DNA of 64,000 nt from Geosiphon pyriformis uo1 (lineage: Eukaryota; Fungi; Glomeromycota): the NCBI GenBank assembly GCA_016748015.1, contig JAAOMT010000776.1, positions 698,146 to 762,145 on the forward strand, given 5' to 3'. The notes under the pieces are model-generated. The model made no database searches and was not told where the DNA came from. It saw only the letters and a list, made by a program, of their open reading frames with translations. The translations under genes and the position numbers were made by a program. Positions 45,300 to 57,730 of this stretch are shown one piece after another; within the stretch, counting starts at the first letter, position 1, and every line of letters starts with the position of its first letter.

Positions 45300-48200
45300 C
45301 TACATAAATAAACATCAATTACAGAGGCAACAATCTGACAATTTAATTTGATATATGTAATTGTTTTATAATATAATATGTTCTATGATACAAAAAAATG
45401 CAAGATATAAATGTATACACTATATGTTCTTCTTTTTTATACTCATAAACTTGACAACATAGAACAAAAACAAATCTTAAAATTTACTTTTCAATATTTT
45501 AAAGACCACTCTGATGTCACCATTGACAAAATTTACAAAAAATATCTTAAAACACAAGAAGATAAGCAAGCAATGAATACATATTTGTTGAGAGAATAGT
45601 TTAAAAATTATCAATGCTATTGCAAAAAAGGCAGTTGAGTATTATTAATTAGACAGAGCTAAAACATAGCAGAACTAGATTATAAACTCGTTTTAAAGGA
45701 GACAAGAAACAGTATAAATTAATAAAAAAATAATAAGAGTTCATAGAATAGCTATGAATTCAACAAAAAAAGAATAGTTAAAATGTATTACAACATGCAC
45801 ATTGGAAAAAGTATAGAATAGAATATTATTGAATATACATAAACTCATTACAAAAATAAACTAGAAGAAACAGGAGATATATTATTTATGTATTTATATT
45901 AAATAGAATAGAAGCAACAGAGAAAGAATAATTAAAATGTTATTGCTTGTCTTCATTTCATTATCTATTATCTATGCTTATACCTAGTTCACAGTAGTCT
46001 AACACAACAAATATTATCAAGTCAAAAGTGCATATTTGAGAAGGTTTTTATTGTTATGTTCTGAGATTCTGGTGGCTATTTAAGTATGCTATGCAAATGG
46101 ATAAGTCAAGTTGTAGACATCAAAAACTACTACAATTACTTGACTATTATCCAGTTATTAAAGTATAGAAAAACAAGGGCAGGCTGTAAATTTGCAGCTG
46201 AATTTCTCTTTGTATATGTTTGCTTTTACAAAAATGGCTTAACTGGATACTCTCTGACTACTATGAAGAGTAAAAATATGCTAAAAAACTTAAATGCAGC
46301 AAAAAACGTAAATAAAGCTGAATTTAAGACATCAAACTAGATTCAATTGATCATTTTGATGTTTCATATGAAAAAAAAAAATTTTCTAAGAATTAACTAC
46401 AAGAGAAATATCAACAAACATTGCTAAAAAACCAGGTAATGTAATTGTTTTACTTGCCAGATATTAATACAAATATGTTCTGAAATTTTTTTAAGAACAA
46501 GCCAGTAAATTTTAAAACACTATTAACTTTGATTGTAAAAAGAAAAATATGCTGAAAAATAAAGAAAAAATAATTCTTTTTATTGACAAAGTCTCTGTTT
46601 TACTCTGTATAAATTTATTTCTAATTTTTGAACAAATGTAGTTTTTATCAGAATCAATATTCACACTTTTAATTCATTTTGTAGTTAAAAAAAAAATCAA
46701 GAGAATAATAATAAAAATCAGATATTTAAAGCAATTTGGTGGGCTCTACTTAAGTATTAGGCTTACATTATTAGTTTCTTGAATTTCTCAGTTGTCAATT
46801 TAGCATCTCAGTTTAATAATAATAATTCAGTATGTATTAAAAATTAGCTTTCAATTTACTTTTCTGAAATCTTAATTGTGTTTTTTAATTAATAAATTAC
46901 AAACAATATGATAAATTTATAAGTAAAAATTAACATTAATGATAATATTTCTTAGGTAAAGATACATAGACATAAAGTTCATAAACTATTTATCTATTTG
47001 GCTATAATAGATTGTCTAAGATTAGCTTTTTTGTCTTCTTTTTATTATTTATGTATATGACTATACACTTAATAGGGTTTGTAGTAAGAATATTCTATAC
47101 AATAAAAATGGTTTAGGTTATAATATTGTCCAGTTTGGCAGACCATTATGGGATTCTTGGTGGCAATTAGCTGAAACTTGGGAGTTAAACATGAATAAAT
47201 TTAGGAAAATTATACAACTTGCCAAATTTAAGCTTCTTGAAAGAATGAATGATTGGAAACAGAATACTAAGATAAAAAAAAAGTAGTACTTGCTATAATT
47301 GCTTGTATTACCACTTTATATATCTCTCTAGTCTCAAGCATGACACCTGATCTCATCAAGTTTTATATAGTAATGTTAATAGCCATTAATAATGATCACA
47401 AGAATTATCTGATAACTTATCTATTCAAATCTGTATTGACTAAAGCTACATTGGAAGTGCTATCAGAAAATAGTTTAGTGATGCTAAAAGAATTAGATAT
47501 TGTCAACAAATTCAATGAAATTCTTAATGCAAGGATCCAGAGAGAGCTGGTTGTAAGGTTGTTAGTCTTAAATGTATGGCATCAATTGATCTGCTTAGAA
47601 AAAAATAATGATAAAAAGGTTTATATAAAACATTTTTATTCTGGTCATTATTTGCATTAACTTATTTTTGTCCATTTACCTTGTTAAGTTTTGTTTTCAG
47701 TCAAATGTTTAGTTTTCAATTTTTTTTAAGAACTTTTTGAACAGAAGCTTTCAAACAAATTTTCTTATCTGAAAGACTTCAAAGTAAAATTTATTCATTT
47801 TATCAAACTTACAAAAAAACCAGATATATTAATACTCAAGAGCATTTGGGTTTAATGTGATATAATGCATTTTAAACAATCAACAAGGTTCAAATTTCAG
47901 CTTAGTTATTAGACATAAAACAAAAGTGCTTTTAGAAGCATTGGTAGTATAGCTGAATATGATTACAATTTCTGTAGAATATTTTCACTTCAGACAAAAA
48001 AAAATAATATGTAATACATAAGTCAAGAATCATGCAATTAAGCAGAGCAAAAAAGAAGAAAAATTTGCAATAAAATGTTTACTTAAGCTTACTATTATTT
48101 TTATCAAAAACTGTGCTAATCATATTAAAAATAGCTATTTGGGTATTTATGTACAGATTAAGAAGAAGCTTTTGGTCATAAATTTTATAGAGTAGTAATT

Positions 48201-48700
48201 TTTATGAAAAACATAGTCTTTTAATAAATGCTATCTATTTTTTAAAGATTCAGTAGATAAAGACATTCCTAAGCTTACATTATATGAATATATTTAATTA
48301 AATACATGATTATTTAATGAGCATCCTAAAAATACTAATCAGCTCATTGTCTATAGTTTAGATTCTTTTAGATTTGAACATCAGGATATACTTGAGAATA
48401 TTCTTAGTATACAAGCTAATCTAATATGATTCTGCAATGAAAAAAAACAAATTTTTTGTATTACATATTACCTTGTGTTTATAGAATAGTTAAAACTAAG
48501 AGAAAATAATTTTTTTTCATGTTCAAAGCTATTATTTTACATAATAACAAATATTATAATTTATAATAACAGATTATAAGTTAGTGATAAAGAAGGAAAA
48601 ATTTCAATAACTGTGAAAAAACTCAATAATAAGAAAGATAAAAATATAAAAGATAAGAATAAAGCATAATAATAATAAATTAACAATAAGAAACTTTGTT
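45300..48700 (+). pseudogene. Degenerate P-loop NTPase plus PD-(D/E)XK nuclease-like gene (Crinkler-type effector architecture)
   Basis: Ordered motif remnants: ILFIDKVSVLL (Walker B-like, about 46573), QFGRPLWDSWW (about 47131), YLITYLFKSVLTKATL (=YPSEPVLAEAA), RIQRELVVRLLVL (=GxRGELVARLLL), FIHFIKL (=FxHF) and a C-terminal low-complexity tail. Walker A is not cleanly recoverable. Confidence 0.55.
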
Positions 48701-48746
48701 ATACTTTAAATAGAATTTTTTTCAAGAAAAAAAACACATTATATAA

Positions 48747-49404
48747 TGTTACTCATAAAATATAGGAATCATAGTAAGATATATATTAGCCAATTAGAGA
48801 TAGATATAGTAAAATATGAAATTTCAGAATTCTTCTTAAAGGAATTACAAAATTTTGATACAAAGAATCACAGGATTCCAGAATTCCAGAATTTTTGGTG
48901 TGAAAAATTGAAAAATTGAGAAATCTCAAATATGTATATATAGCAATAGTATTAGAAGCAAAAAAAACAGATCTCTTAATTTAAACTTCTCTTCTTATCT
49001 ATTTGCTAAATTGCTTCAAGGATAGTTCATATTTACTGAAGTAAAATTATTAAAATATCAATAAAATACTTATTTATATCTATTTCATATTGTTATCATT
49101 TGATTAAAAAATATTCATCAAAACTCTAACTATCAATACTTTATGTTAATAGCTGTTAATACTTAACTACACTAAAACAATAGCTCTTGATTATGGCTAT
49201 TGACAGAATACTAACTTAATTGCTTTGGCTTAATTTTTTCATTTTTTTTATTTTCTTTCATTTTTTTTGTTTGTTCTTGTTGTTTACTAATTAATTAAGA
49301 ATTAACACACAGAATTATTAATGTTAAAAAAATTGGTAAAAGACCTGTGAAACAAAAGTAGAACATTCACAGAATTAAGGATAACTTACCAGGAAGATTA
49401 CTAG
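48747..49404 (+). mobile_element. Truncated LTR related to the adjacent Ty3/Gypsy, in opposite orientation
   Basis: It begins TGTTACTCATAAAATATAGG and matches the reverse complement of about 49620-50245 (e.g. caatagctcttgattatggctattgaca, ggtaaaagacc). It is cut off where the minus-strand LTR begins at 49405. Confidence 0.85.
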
Positions 49405-50245
49405 TGTTACAGATGATTATTTGGGATCTTAAATTAAATAACAAACTTGTAACTTTGTGCTTAATTGATTTGATGATAGAGGTCTCTGATGGTTTTGTCT
49501 CTGAAGATTTTGGTTGAGTCTTTTGTATAATAAACAGAGATTCAATGATAATGTTGTTGTTGTTGGTAAGTCATTTTCCCAATTTTTTTCTTCAGCTTGA
49601 TGACTAGTTTATTCTGGCAGTCATGTCTTTCTAGTAAGCTATCTGTTAATATATGTATAATGTTACCCTTATTTCTGGGTCTTTTACCAGGCTATCTATA
49701 ATGTCAATAACTTAATGATCAATCTTTAATTAATTAGTAATAACAAAAAATAACAAAAGAAAAGAAATAAAATAAAGAAATATAAAGAAATAAGCCAAAA
49801 CAATAAATATTAGTATCTTGTCAATAGTCATAATCAAGAGTTATTGTTCCAAAGTGGTTAAGTATTAGTTACTATCAACATAAAGTGTTAATAGTAAAAA
49901 ATGGATTGAGGTAGTGAATAATTATTTATTAATATTTGTAAATAGAAAGATGTCTCAAATCAAATCTAAAACTGAGAGGTCTGTTTTTTTTACTTCTAAT
50001 ACTACCAATATATATACAATAATTAAGATTTCTCAATTCCTCAATTCTTTACATCAGAAATTCTGAAATTCCTAAAATTCTGTAATTCCTTTGAGAGGAA
50101 TTCTGGAATTTCTTGTACAAGAATCCTGAAATTTTTGAAATTCTACAATTTTTTTGAGGTAAATTCTGGAATTCCACATTTACTATAGCTATTTTTGATT
50201 GGCTAATTTATATGCTAATATTTTTCCTATATTCTATAAGTAATA
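49405..50245 (-). repeat. 3' LTR (about 840 bp)
   Basis: Termini tgttac...gtaata (degenerate TG..CA inverted ends). 49405-50020 aligns with 62476-63120. U3 holds short gaattcc-type repeats. Confidence 0.85.
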
Positions 50246-50248
50246 TTA

Positions 50249-50260
50249 TTTTCTCCTTTT
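50249..50260 (-). promoter_or_regulatory. Polypurine tract
   Basis: AAAAGGAGAAAA on the minus strand immediately upstream of the 3' LTR. Confidence 0.7.
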
Positions 50261-50909
50261 AATATTGAGCTCTATCAAAATTTCCTAATTCTAATTCTCC
50301 ATCTTTGAGTATTTCTTGAACTTCTTTTTTGAGAATTACTTGAGTTATTTTGTTCTGTAATTCTTCAAATAGGGCATTGGTTGTTTTTTTCATTTGGTTA
50401 ATGGTAATAAAATCCATTGCTGGATTGAGTAAAATTTCTGGTTGGTCTTGAAATCTAATTTGTAGTCAATAAATAGCTTTTGTTTATGTTGTTATATTGT
50501 TTTTTCCTATAAATTTCTCAAGTTGTTGCAATATTGTTGTATCAAATAATTGTCTTGTTTTATCTGTATATATGTTCTGGATATTCAGATGTTGTCTAAA
50601 GTAAAAGTAACAAAAGTTTCTTGGAAATTGTTATGTCCACCAATTCCATGTTTCTATTGTCAACTCTTAATATTGTGTGACTTTTAGTTGTGCTTTTATT
50701 GCCAGTTTCACTTTTGTAACTATTTTGTTAATAGTGTTTTCTGTTTTTCTCTGTGCTTTATCTCATGGTCTTTTTTTAGTGTTTTTATATCTAATAGTTT
50801 ATTGATTGATCATAATTTCTATCTCTTGTTGTTGGATTTTTTGAAAGAGTTGCTGTGTTAAGGAATGGATGTCATCAGTAATTTCTATTTTTTTGCTGTC
50901 TTTTGTCAT
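50260..50909 (-). pseudogene. Extra 3' ORF (ORF3, about 216 codons) between integrase and PPT, function unknown
   Basis: One frame runs from ATG 50909 (MTKDSKKIEITDDIHSL...ETWNWWT*QFPRNFCYFYFRQHL...LFEELQNKITQ...GNFDRAQY*). It is broken only by six TAA/TGA stops, compatible with CAA/CGA transitions. Confidence 0.55.
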
Positions 50910-51049
50910 GTCTACTGTGTCTTTTATATATTCTTTTGGTTGTTCAATTTGACATGTTTGGTTCAATGATTATGATTGGTTTCAGATCTTGTAAAATCTC
51001 ATCAGGTTGGACTAGTATTCTCTGTATTCCTAATTGTGGAATACTACTG

Positions 51050-52150
51050 GTAGATAATAATACTATATGGTGATATGGTTTCAGTCAATTACTATGTGCT
51101 GCTTTGGCTAAAATTTTATTGTCCTATCTTAATTTATAAGCTTTATTTCCAAGAATTTCTTCTATGTAAAATAGTCTGTCCCATTTGGGGTCAAATTTTC
51201 TACTCTATTGTTTTTCCACTTTGGTATAATATAAAAATACTTTGTTTCTAATCTTGAAACCAACTGGTTTATCTAGTAGTTGGTTATTGTGTCTTTTTTT
51301 TTGCTTTTTTTGTAACTTTTATATGTTATCAGCTGCTTTTTGTCATTTATTTTCTAATGTTTCTATCAAGTCATATGTTTTTCTTAGCAATGTTTCTTGA
51401 AAATTGTCATCAGTTATTGGTTTTGTTGGATATGTATTGACTTTTATTACAACTGGTAAGGTTGCTGTTCTATCATATACTAATTCAAATGGTGTTGCTT
51501 GTGTAGTGTCTTGTTTTATTGTTTGATAAGCAAATAATACTGATAGTATAAACAAATCTCATTCATCCTGGTTTTCTTGGCTAATTTTGGCAATAGCTTT
51601 ATACAATGTTTTGTTAAATCTTTCAATTAGCCTATTTGTTTGTGAATGATATGGTGATGATAATGGTTTTTTGATTTTAAATTTTTGACTTAGTTCTGTT
51701 AATATTCTATTCACAAAGTGAATTCCTTGATCTAATAATAGTTTTTTTAGACATCCATGTTGACAGATCAAATCTTGATGAACAAATTCAGCAACAGATT
51801 CTGCATCTGCTTTTTGAATGGCTTTTGCTTCTGGTTATTTAGTAAGATAGTTTATGACTACTGCAATATATTTGTTGTCTCTGCTAGTAATTGTTAGTGG
51901 TCCAACTAAGTCAATTCTAATACAATCAAATGGTTGTCTTACTTTAATTAGTCTTAATGGTTTACTGGGTTTTGTTCCTCCTCTTTTTTGATAAGCATTA
52001 CAATTTTGAACATATTGGATAATATTTGGATACATTGATGGCCAATAGTATCTTTTTCTGGTTCTTTCTATGGTTGCTTCTTTGTAAAAATGTCCTGTTG
52101 TTAGATCTGAGTGCATGTTGAATAATATTGTTTCTTTCTCTGGTTCTGTA
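51050..52150 (-). pseudogene. Integrase
   Basis: HHCC remnant HSDLTTGHF..YYWP..CNAYQ; DDE core IDLVGPL / LDQGIHF / IERFNKTL; TPFELVY; GPF/Y-like KFDPKWDRLFYIEE. Confidence 0.92.
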
Positions 52151-52329
52151 ATTACTCTGGTTGTTTGATTTAGATTTCTTTTGTTTTTCTAGTAAAGTAT
52201 ATTTTAATGGTTGATAAAATGTTTTGATTGTTGTTTTATGTTGTTTTGTTCTTTTTGAAATAATTTCTTCTTGAACAATTGAGTATTTATATAATGTTGG
52301 AGTTGTTGGTATTTTTGTATATTCATCTT

Positions 52330-53700
52330 TTTGTTATATTTTTGGGTTGAAATGTTTTTTAGATTTGTCTCATTTGTAACAATCTGTCAGCATTTTCATT
52401 TTCTTTTCTTTTTTTGTAATGTATTGTATAATTAAATGGTGACAGTTCTATTTTCTATCTAGTATGGCAATTATCTCCAGATTTCTGCTTCTGGATTGAA
52501 GTCAGTCCTTTATGGTCAGTGTATATATTAAACTTTTGACTCAAGTATTCTTTTCATTTGGTGACAGCCCAATAGATAGTTAAGTGTTCCAGTGCTGGAG
52601 TTCTATAGTTCTTTTCAGCTGGATTTAAGCTTTTACTGGCATAAGCTACTGGGTGTTTTTATTTATTTGATCTTTTTTAAGATAATACTGCTCCCAATGC
52701 TTGACCCAATGTATTTGTTGTAATTATAAATGACTTACTATGATCTGGATAAATCAATACTAGAGCTTGAATAAGTTTTTTTTTCAGTGTATCAAAGACT
52801 TTTTGTTGAGTTTCAGTCCATTTATATTTGGTATTCTTTATTTGGAGTTGATGTAGTGGTTGAGCTATTTTGGAAAAGTTTTTAATAAAGTGACAGTAAT
52901 ATCTGGCAAATCCCAAGAATGTTCTTAATTTTGTAAGATTATTTGGTACTAAAAAGTTCTTAACAATTGCAATCTTATCTGAATTCGTTTTGATACTATC
53001 TTTGCTCATAATATGTTCCAAAAACTTGAGTTCTGTTTTGTCAAAGAAGCATTTGTTTGTATATAATTTCAATCCTGCTCATCTGAGTCTTTCAAATACT
53101 TGTTAAAGATGATGCAAATGGTCATCAAATGTTTTTGAGAACACATTGATGTTATCCAAGTATATGACTATTGATTTTCATAGCAGTTTGGTATAAACAA
53201 TTTTTATAAGCCATTGGAATGTAGCTGGAATATTCATCAAGCCAAATGATATAACCTCGAATTCAAAATTTTTTTTTCATATTGTAAAAGCTGTTTTCTC
53301 TTTATCTTCTGGTTTCATGGCTACTTACCAGTAACCACTGTTTATGTCTAAAATTGAGAACTATTTTTTTCTTCCAAAAGCATTGAACAGTTCTTGGATC
53401 TTTGAAATTGGGTAACTATCTTCTTTTGTTACTCTATTTAGCTTTCAGTAATCTACACAAAAGCAGATTTTCTCATTTTTCTTATAGACTAGTACCACTG
53501 GTGATAACCATAGGCTCATTGATGGCTGAATTAGCCTATTGTCAAACATCCGATTGATTTCTTAATGAATAATCTTATGGCTGGCTAGTGGTACTCAATA
53601 TGCTTTTTGTTTAATTGGCATTGCATCTCCAGTTTTGATCTGGTACTGAATTATGTCAGTTCTGCCAAATTCATTTTTGCTGGCAAAAATGTTATTGAAG
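52330..53700 (-). pseudogene. Reverse transcriptase plus RNase H (copy A)
   Basis: FCVDY, SGYW, FGLMN, VIYLDNI (YxDD->YLDN), KCFF, FLGFARYY, TNTLGQALGAVLS, VAYASKSL, YTDHKGL. Confidence 0.93.
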
Positions 53701-54184
53701 TTGTTAAGTAATATTTTGAGTTGTATTTGAAGTAGGTCTAAGTTTCCCAAGTTCATTTCTTCTAATTGCTCTGGCTGGAGCAAATAACATTTATTTTGTC
53801 TGTATATTATTTGTAATGTAATATCCACATATTCACACAGTTGTAGAAAATCTGGAATAGTGCTTGGTGGTTGGTCTTCAACTTTAGTGCCTAAGTATCT
53901 GATAATAGTTCTTTTTGGTATTTTAATAATATTTTCAGTATTGTTATGGATGGAAATTTTGATGTGCCTATGGTTCTTGGCTGATATATGTAGATTAACT
54001 AATTTAATTTCTCCTGATTCACAAAGTGTTACTTCTGTCTCAAAAATCTGTACCTGATCCTTTACTTTCCTTTCTATAACTAATATATACTGGTTATATA
54101 GTGAAATGGGATTTGATTGATAGGTGGAAATAATTTCTTTCTTGTTAGTAATTTTTTTCTTTGCCATATTAACTAATATATTTA

Positions 54185-54575
54185 CTCTACCCATGGATCC
54201 GAATCTCTGTATCCCTCTAACTGTAATCCCTAATTCTTCTTTGTTTCCTACTAATACTAGTTGAGCTATTTTAATCAGAAGCAAGAATATTGCCTGTGTT
54301 ATCTTTTTATTTGGCTCTATAATATAGGCCTTTTTTGAGTTATTTTGTAGCATTGCAATAATATTTCTCACATATCTTGTGTCAATTATTTCTCTTCTGA
54401 TGTTGATTTCTTTTTTCACTAAGCTATTTCTAAATGCTAGTTGAACTATTGTTGTTGCTGGGATCTCTAGTGCTACTTTAAGATCAATGCATATGCATGA
54501 ATGTGATTCTAATTTGATGACATTTTTTTTTAAATATCTCAGATTAAACTTTGTATCAATATTATGTACATGTTA
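54185..54575 (-). pseudogene. dUTPase domain (copy A)
   Basis: DTKFNLRY, RNSL, IIDTRYVRNI, KITQAIF, VRGIQRFGSMG correspond to decayed trimeric dUTPase motifs 1-5 (AGxDL, RSS, GxIDxxYxG, IAQ, RGxxGFGSTG). Confidence 0.85.
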
Positions 54576-55829
54576 TAGCATAATGTTTTCATTATTATTG
54601 CTGAACCATTTCAATTTTTGCTCTTTGGTGAGATTAAAGAGTGCAATATATTGTTCAGAGTTTGAATTAGAGTTTGATTTATTGTTATTTTTATTGCCAT
54701 TTTGAATGGAACTGAAACTGTTGTTTTCATTGTCATTATTGTTGAAGTTTGAATCAGAATTGAAAATTAATTCTGATTCTGATGCACAGCTGCTGATTAG
54801 TTCTTCTTACTCTGAGATTATGTAGATTATGCAGATTGGTGGATTGTAAATGAGATTTCACTCATTACAATATTGAAAGTTACATGAAATCAAATAGTGG
54901 TTACATAGTCAGGTGTTTATTTCTTTCAATCATTGTTCTTGTTCTTTTTAAGTGGATGCTAATTCTTGGTAGTGTTTATGGAATTGCTCTGAGTCCATAG
55001 ACTCTAAGATAATATCTAGATTTGGGCCCCAGTCAAGTTCTATGAGTTTGAATGGATTGGTTTTGCTTGTTTTTATTTTTTGATAATGCTCTTTCAATTT
55101 TGGCAAGTGTTATTTGCCAGATTTTGTCATCATTGTGTAAACCACTGTTCAAACATTTTACTGCTCTTTTTCAGATGACTTCTATGGAAGTTTTTTTTCA
55201 TACCCAGTCACTAATTAGAATCATGTATTGGCATGATTTGTCACAGGTTTCTTCTTATCCAGAAATGTTATTTCACATTTCTTTGTCTAATAAAGTTTTT
55301 TCACAAGTGAGACAAGATTTATTGTCCCATTTTTCTTGCCATTTTGGTTATTCAAAGCATTTTAGAACACATGAGCGGCAGTAGAATTTGGTTGCAATAA
55401 AGTATTCTTTATTGTTGTCACAGCACATGCTCATTAATAACAATTTCTTGCTGCAATCAATACATATAAGCTTGGGTCAACAATAATTGGACTGATATAA
55501 TGGAGAGTAGGTATATGGTATATAAGTGGAGGTAGTGGCTGGTGCTGATTCTTTTTTTTTCTCCTTTTCTTTTTTTTTTTCTTCCTAAGTCCAAATCAGT
55601 GGCTGCTTGCTTTGGTTATTATCATTCTAATAACTTGGGTTGGTTTCCCAAATAGGTTCTTTTTCTCTTTTTTCCTTTCTTTTGTTATCCTATAATAGTA
55701 TCAGTGGTAATTCATTGTGATTAGCATTAGTCCAGAAAACTTGATATGCTTCCCAAGTAGGTTTTTTTTCTTTATTATTAAACTTAATGAGTGGTGCTGG
55801 TGTGTTGTTACTGGGTTTGAAATAACTAC

Positions 55830-56200
55830 ACATTGCTGGTATTTGTATGTGTTGTTCATTTTGACTGAGTTGTAATTCTTGGGTGGTTTAGTCGAGTGCT
55901 GCATTTGTTTTGGACAACCAGTTATTACCAACAAAGACTTGGTACTAAGTAGCTTCTATGACTAAAACTTTGATGAATACAATAATGCTGTTGACTTTTA
56001 TGAAGAAGTCATCAATTTTGCCAATTGGAGTTTTGATTATTCCATTGGCTGTTATAATTCTGGCACTGGCAGTATGATCAACTTGGTGACCTAATTAGTT
56101 CATAAGTTGTCTTGTGATGATGCTACCAGCTAATTCACTATCTAGAATCAGTTTGATGGAGTGGCCATTAATTTTAGTATCAGTGTACATAGTGGTAATT
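55830..56200 (-). pseudogene. Retropepsin-like aspartic protease (copy A)
   Basis: IKLILDSELAGSIITRQLM (DSG->DSE), followed by IITANG and LLVITG/LVGND-like region. Confidence 0.85.
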
Positions 56201-56849
56201 GGTTTCTCCTCAAGTGTGGCTCTACTGAACAATAGTGTGAATGACAGTTCCTCAAATTCAAACAGAAAGATTGCTGCTAGCAATTTGTCATTGGTTATGG
56301 TGGCTAAAAGTATGTTATTGGTAAGTGTTTTGTTTTGGTTGGTTTTCAAGTTATTGGATGAGGCATCTTCTGGAGTTACCAGAAGACTTAAATAGTTCTG
56401 AGAACTTAGGTTTTGAATATATCTGGTTTCTAAACTCTGCTGGCATAATCCTGAATTTTGGGTGGATGAACTGGGGATTAGTTGATAGACAACCATCACT
56501 AATTTCCAGTTTTGTTGTGTCAATCTTAGCCTTTGTGTTCCAGTTTGGGGTAAGTTTTGTGGTGGTGTTTAAATTTGTTAAGGCTGATATAGTACTTGAG
56601 ACTGTGGTTAATAAATAGGTTGTAACTGTGGCTGATAAATTATGGGTGTTGTTGGTTGATAAATTAGAGCTTAATATACTGGTGGTTGATAAATTGGCTG
56701 TTGTGTCATTTGGATATAATGGGGTGAGTATTGATTCTGATTTGAGTATTAATTTAGAGTTTGAAACCAGCAATCAGGATTTCAATATTAATTTCCCAAT
56801 TGTTGGTTATTTATCTTTTTGTAACATTCAAACTATAAATGTCTTTGCT

Positions 56850-57730
56850 TGGTATTCTTTGTTTGGAGTTAGTATAGTGGTTAAGCTATTTTGGAAAAGT
56901 CTTTGATAAAGTGGCAGTAATATCCAGCAAATTCCAAAAATGCTCTTAATTCCATAAGATTATTTGGTACTAAAAAGTTCTTAATAATCTCAATCTTGTC
57001 TGAATCTGTTTTAATCTTATTTTTGCTTACAACATGTTCCAATAACTTGAGTTCTGTTTTGCCAAAGAAGCATTTGTTGGTATTTAATTTCAATCCTGCT
57101 TGTTTGAGTCTTTCAAACACTTGTTAAAGATAATGCAGATAATCATCAAATATTTTTAAGAACACATTGGTGTCATCCAAGTATATGACTACTGATTTCC
57201 ATAGTAGTCCAGTATAAACAATTTCCATAAGTTACTGGAAAGTGGCTAAAGCATTCATCAAGCCAAATGGCATAACCTTAAATTCAAAATTTTTTTCTTA
57301 TGTTGTAAAAGTCATTTTTTCTTTATCTTCTGGTTTTATGGCTACTTGCCAGTAACCACTGTCCAAATCTAAAGTTGAGAACCATTTTTTCCCTTTAAAA
57401 GCATCAAACAGCTCTTGGATCTTTAGTGTTAAGTAACTATTTTCTTTTGTCACTCTATTTAGTTTCTAGTAATCCACACAAAAGCGAATTTTCCTATTTT
57501 TCTTATGAACTAATATCACTAATAATAATCATGAGCTCATTGATGACTAAATTAGCCCATTGTCAAGTATTTAATTGATTTTTTGACAAATAATCTTATG
57601 GCTGGCTGGTAATACTTTGTATGCTTTTTGTTTAATTGGCATTGTATCTCCAGTTTTGATCTGATGCTGGATTATGTCAGTTCTGCCAAATTTATTTTCA
57701 CTTGCAAAAATATTATTGAAGTTGTTGAGT
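56850..57730 (-). pseudogene. Reverse transcriptase (copy B), truncated before RNase H
   Basis: RFCVDY, LDLDSGYWQV, MPFGLMNA, VIYLDD, KCFFG, FAGYY; colinear with copy A down to about 56850. Confidence 0.92.

Noticed and set aside
56351-56773. Overlapping Ser/Thr-rich 140-aa ORF as a separate gene, or evidence of a gag-pol frameshift
   Set aside because: It is an alternative frame of the Gln/Pro-rich gag-PR linker and stays open because C->T creates stops mainly in the CAA-rich frame. The TAA after GGAAAT in copy A is CAA in copy B.
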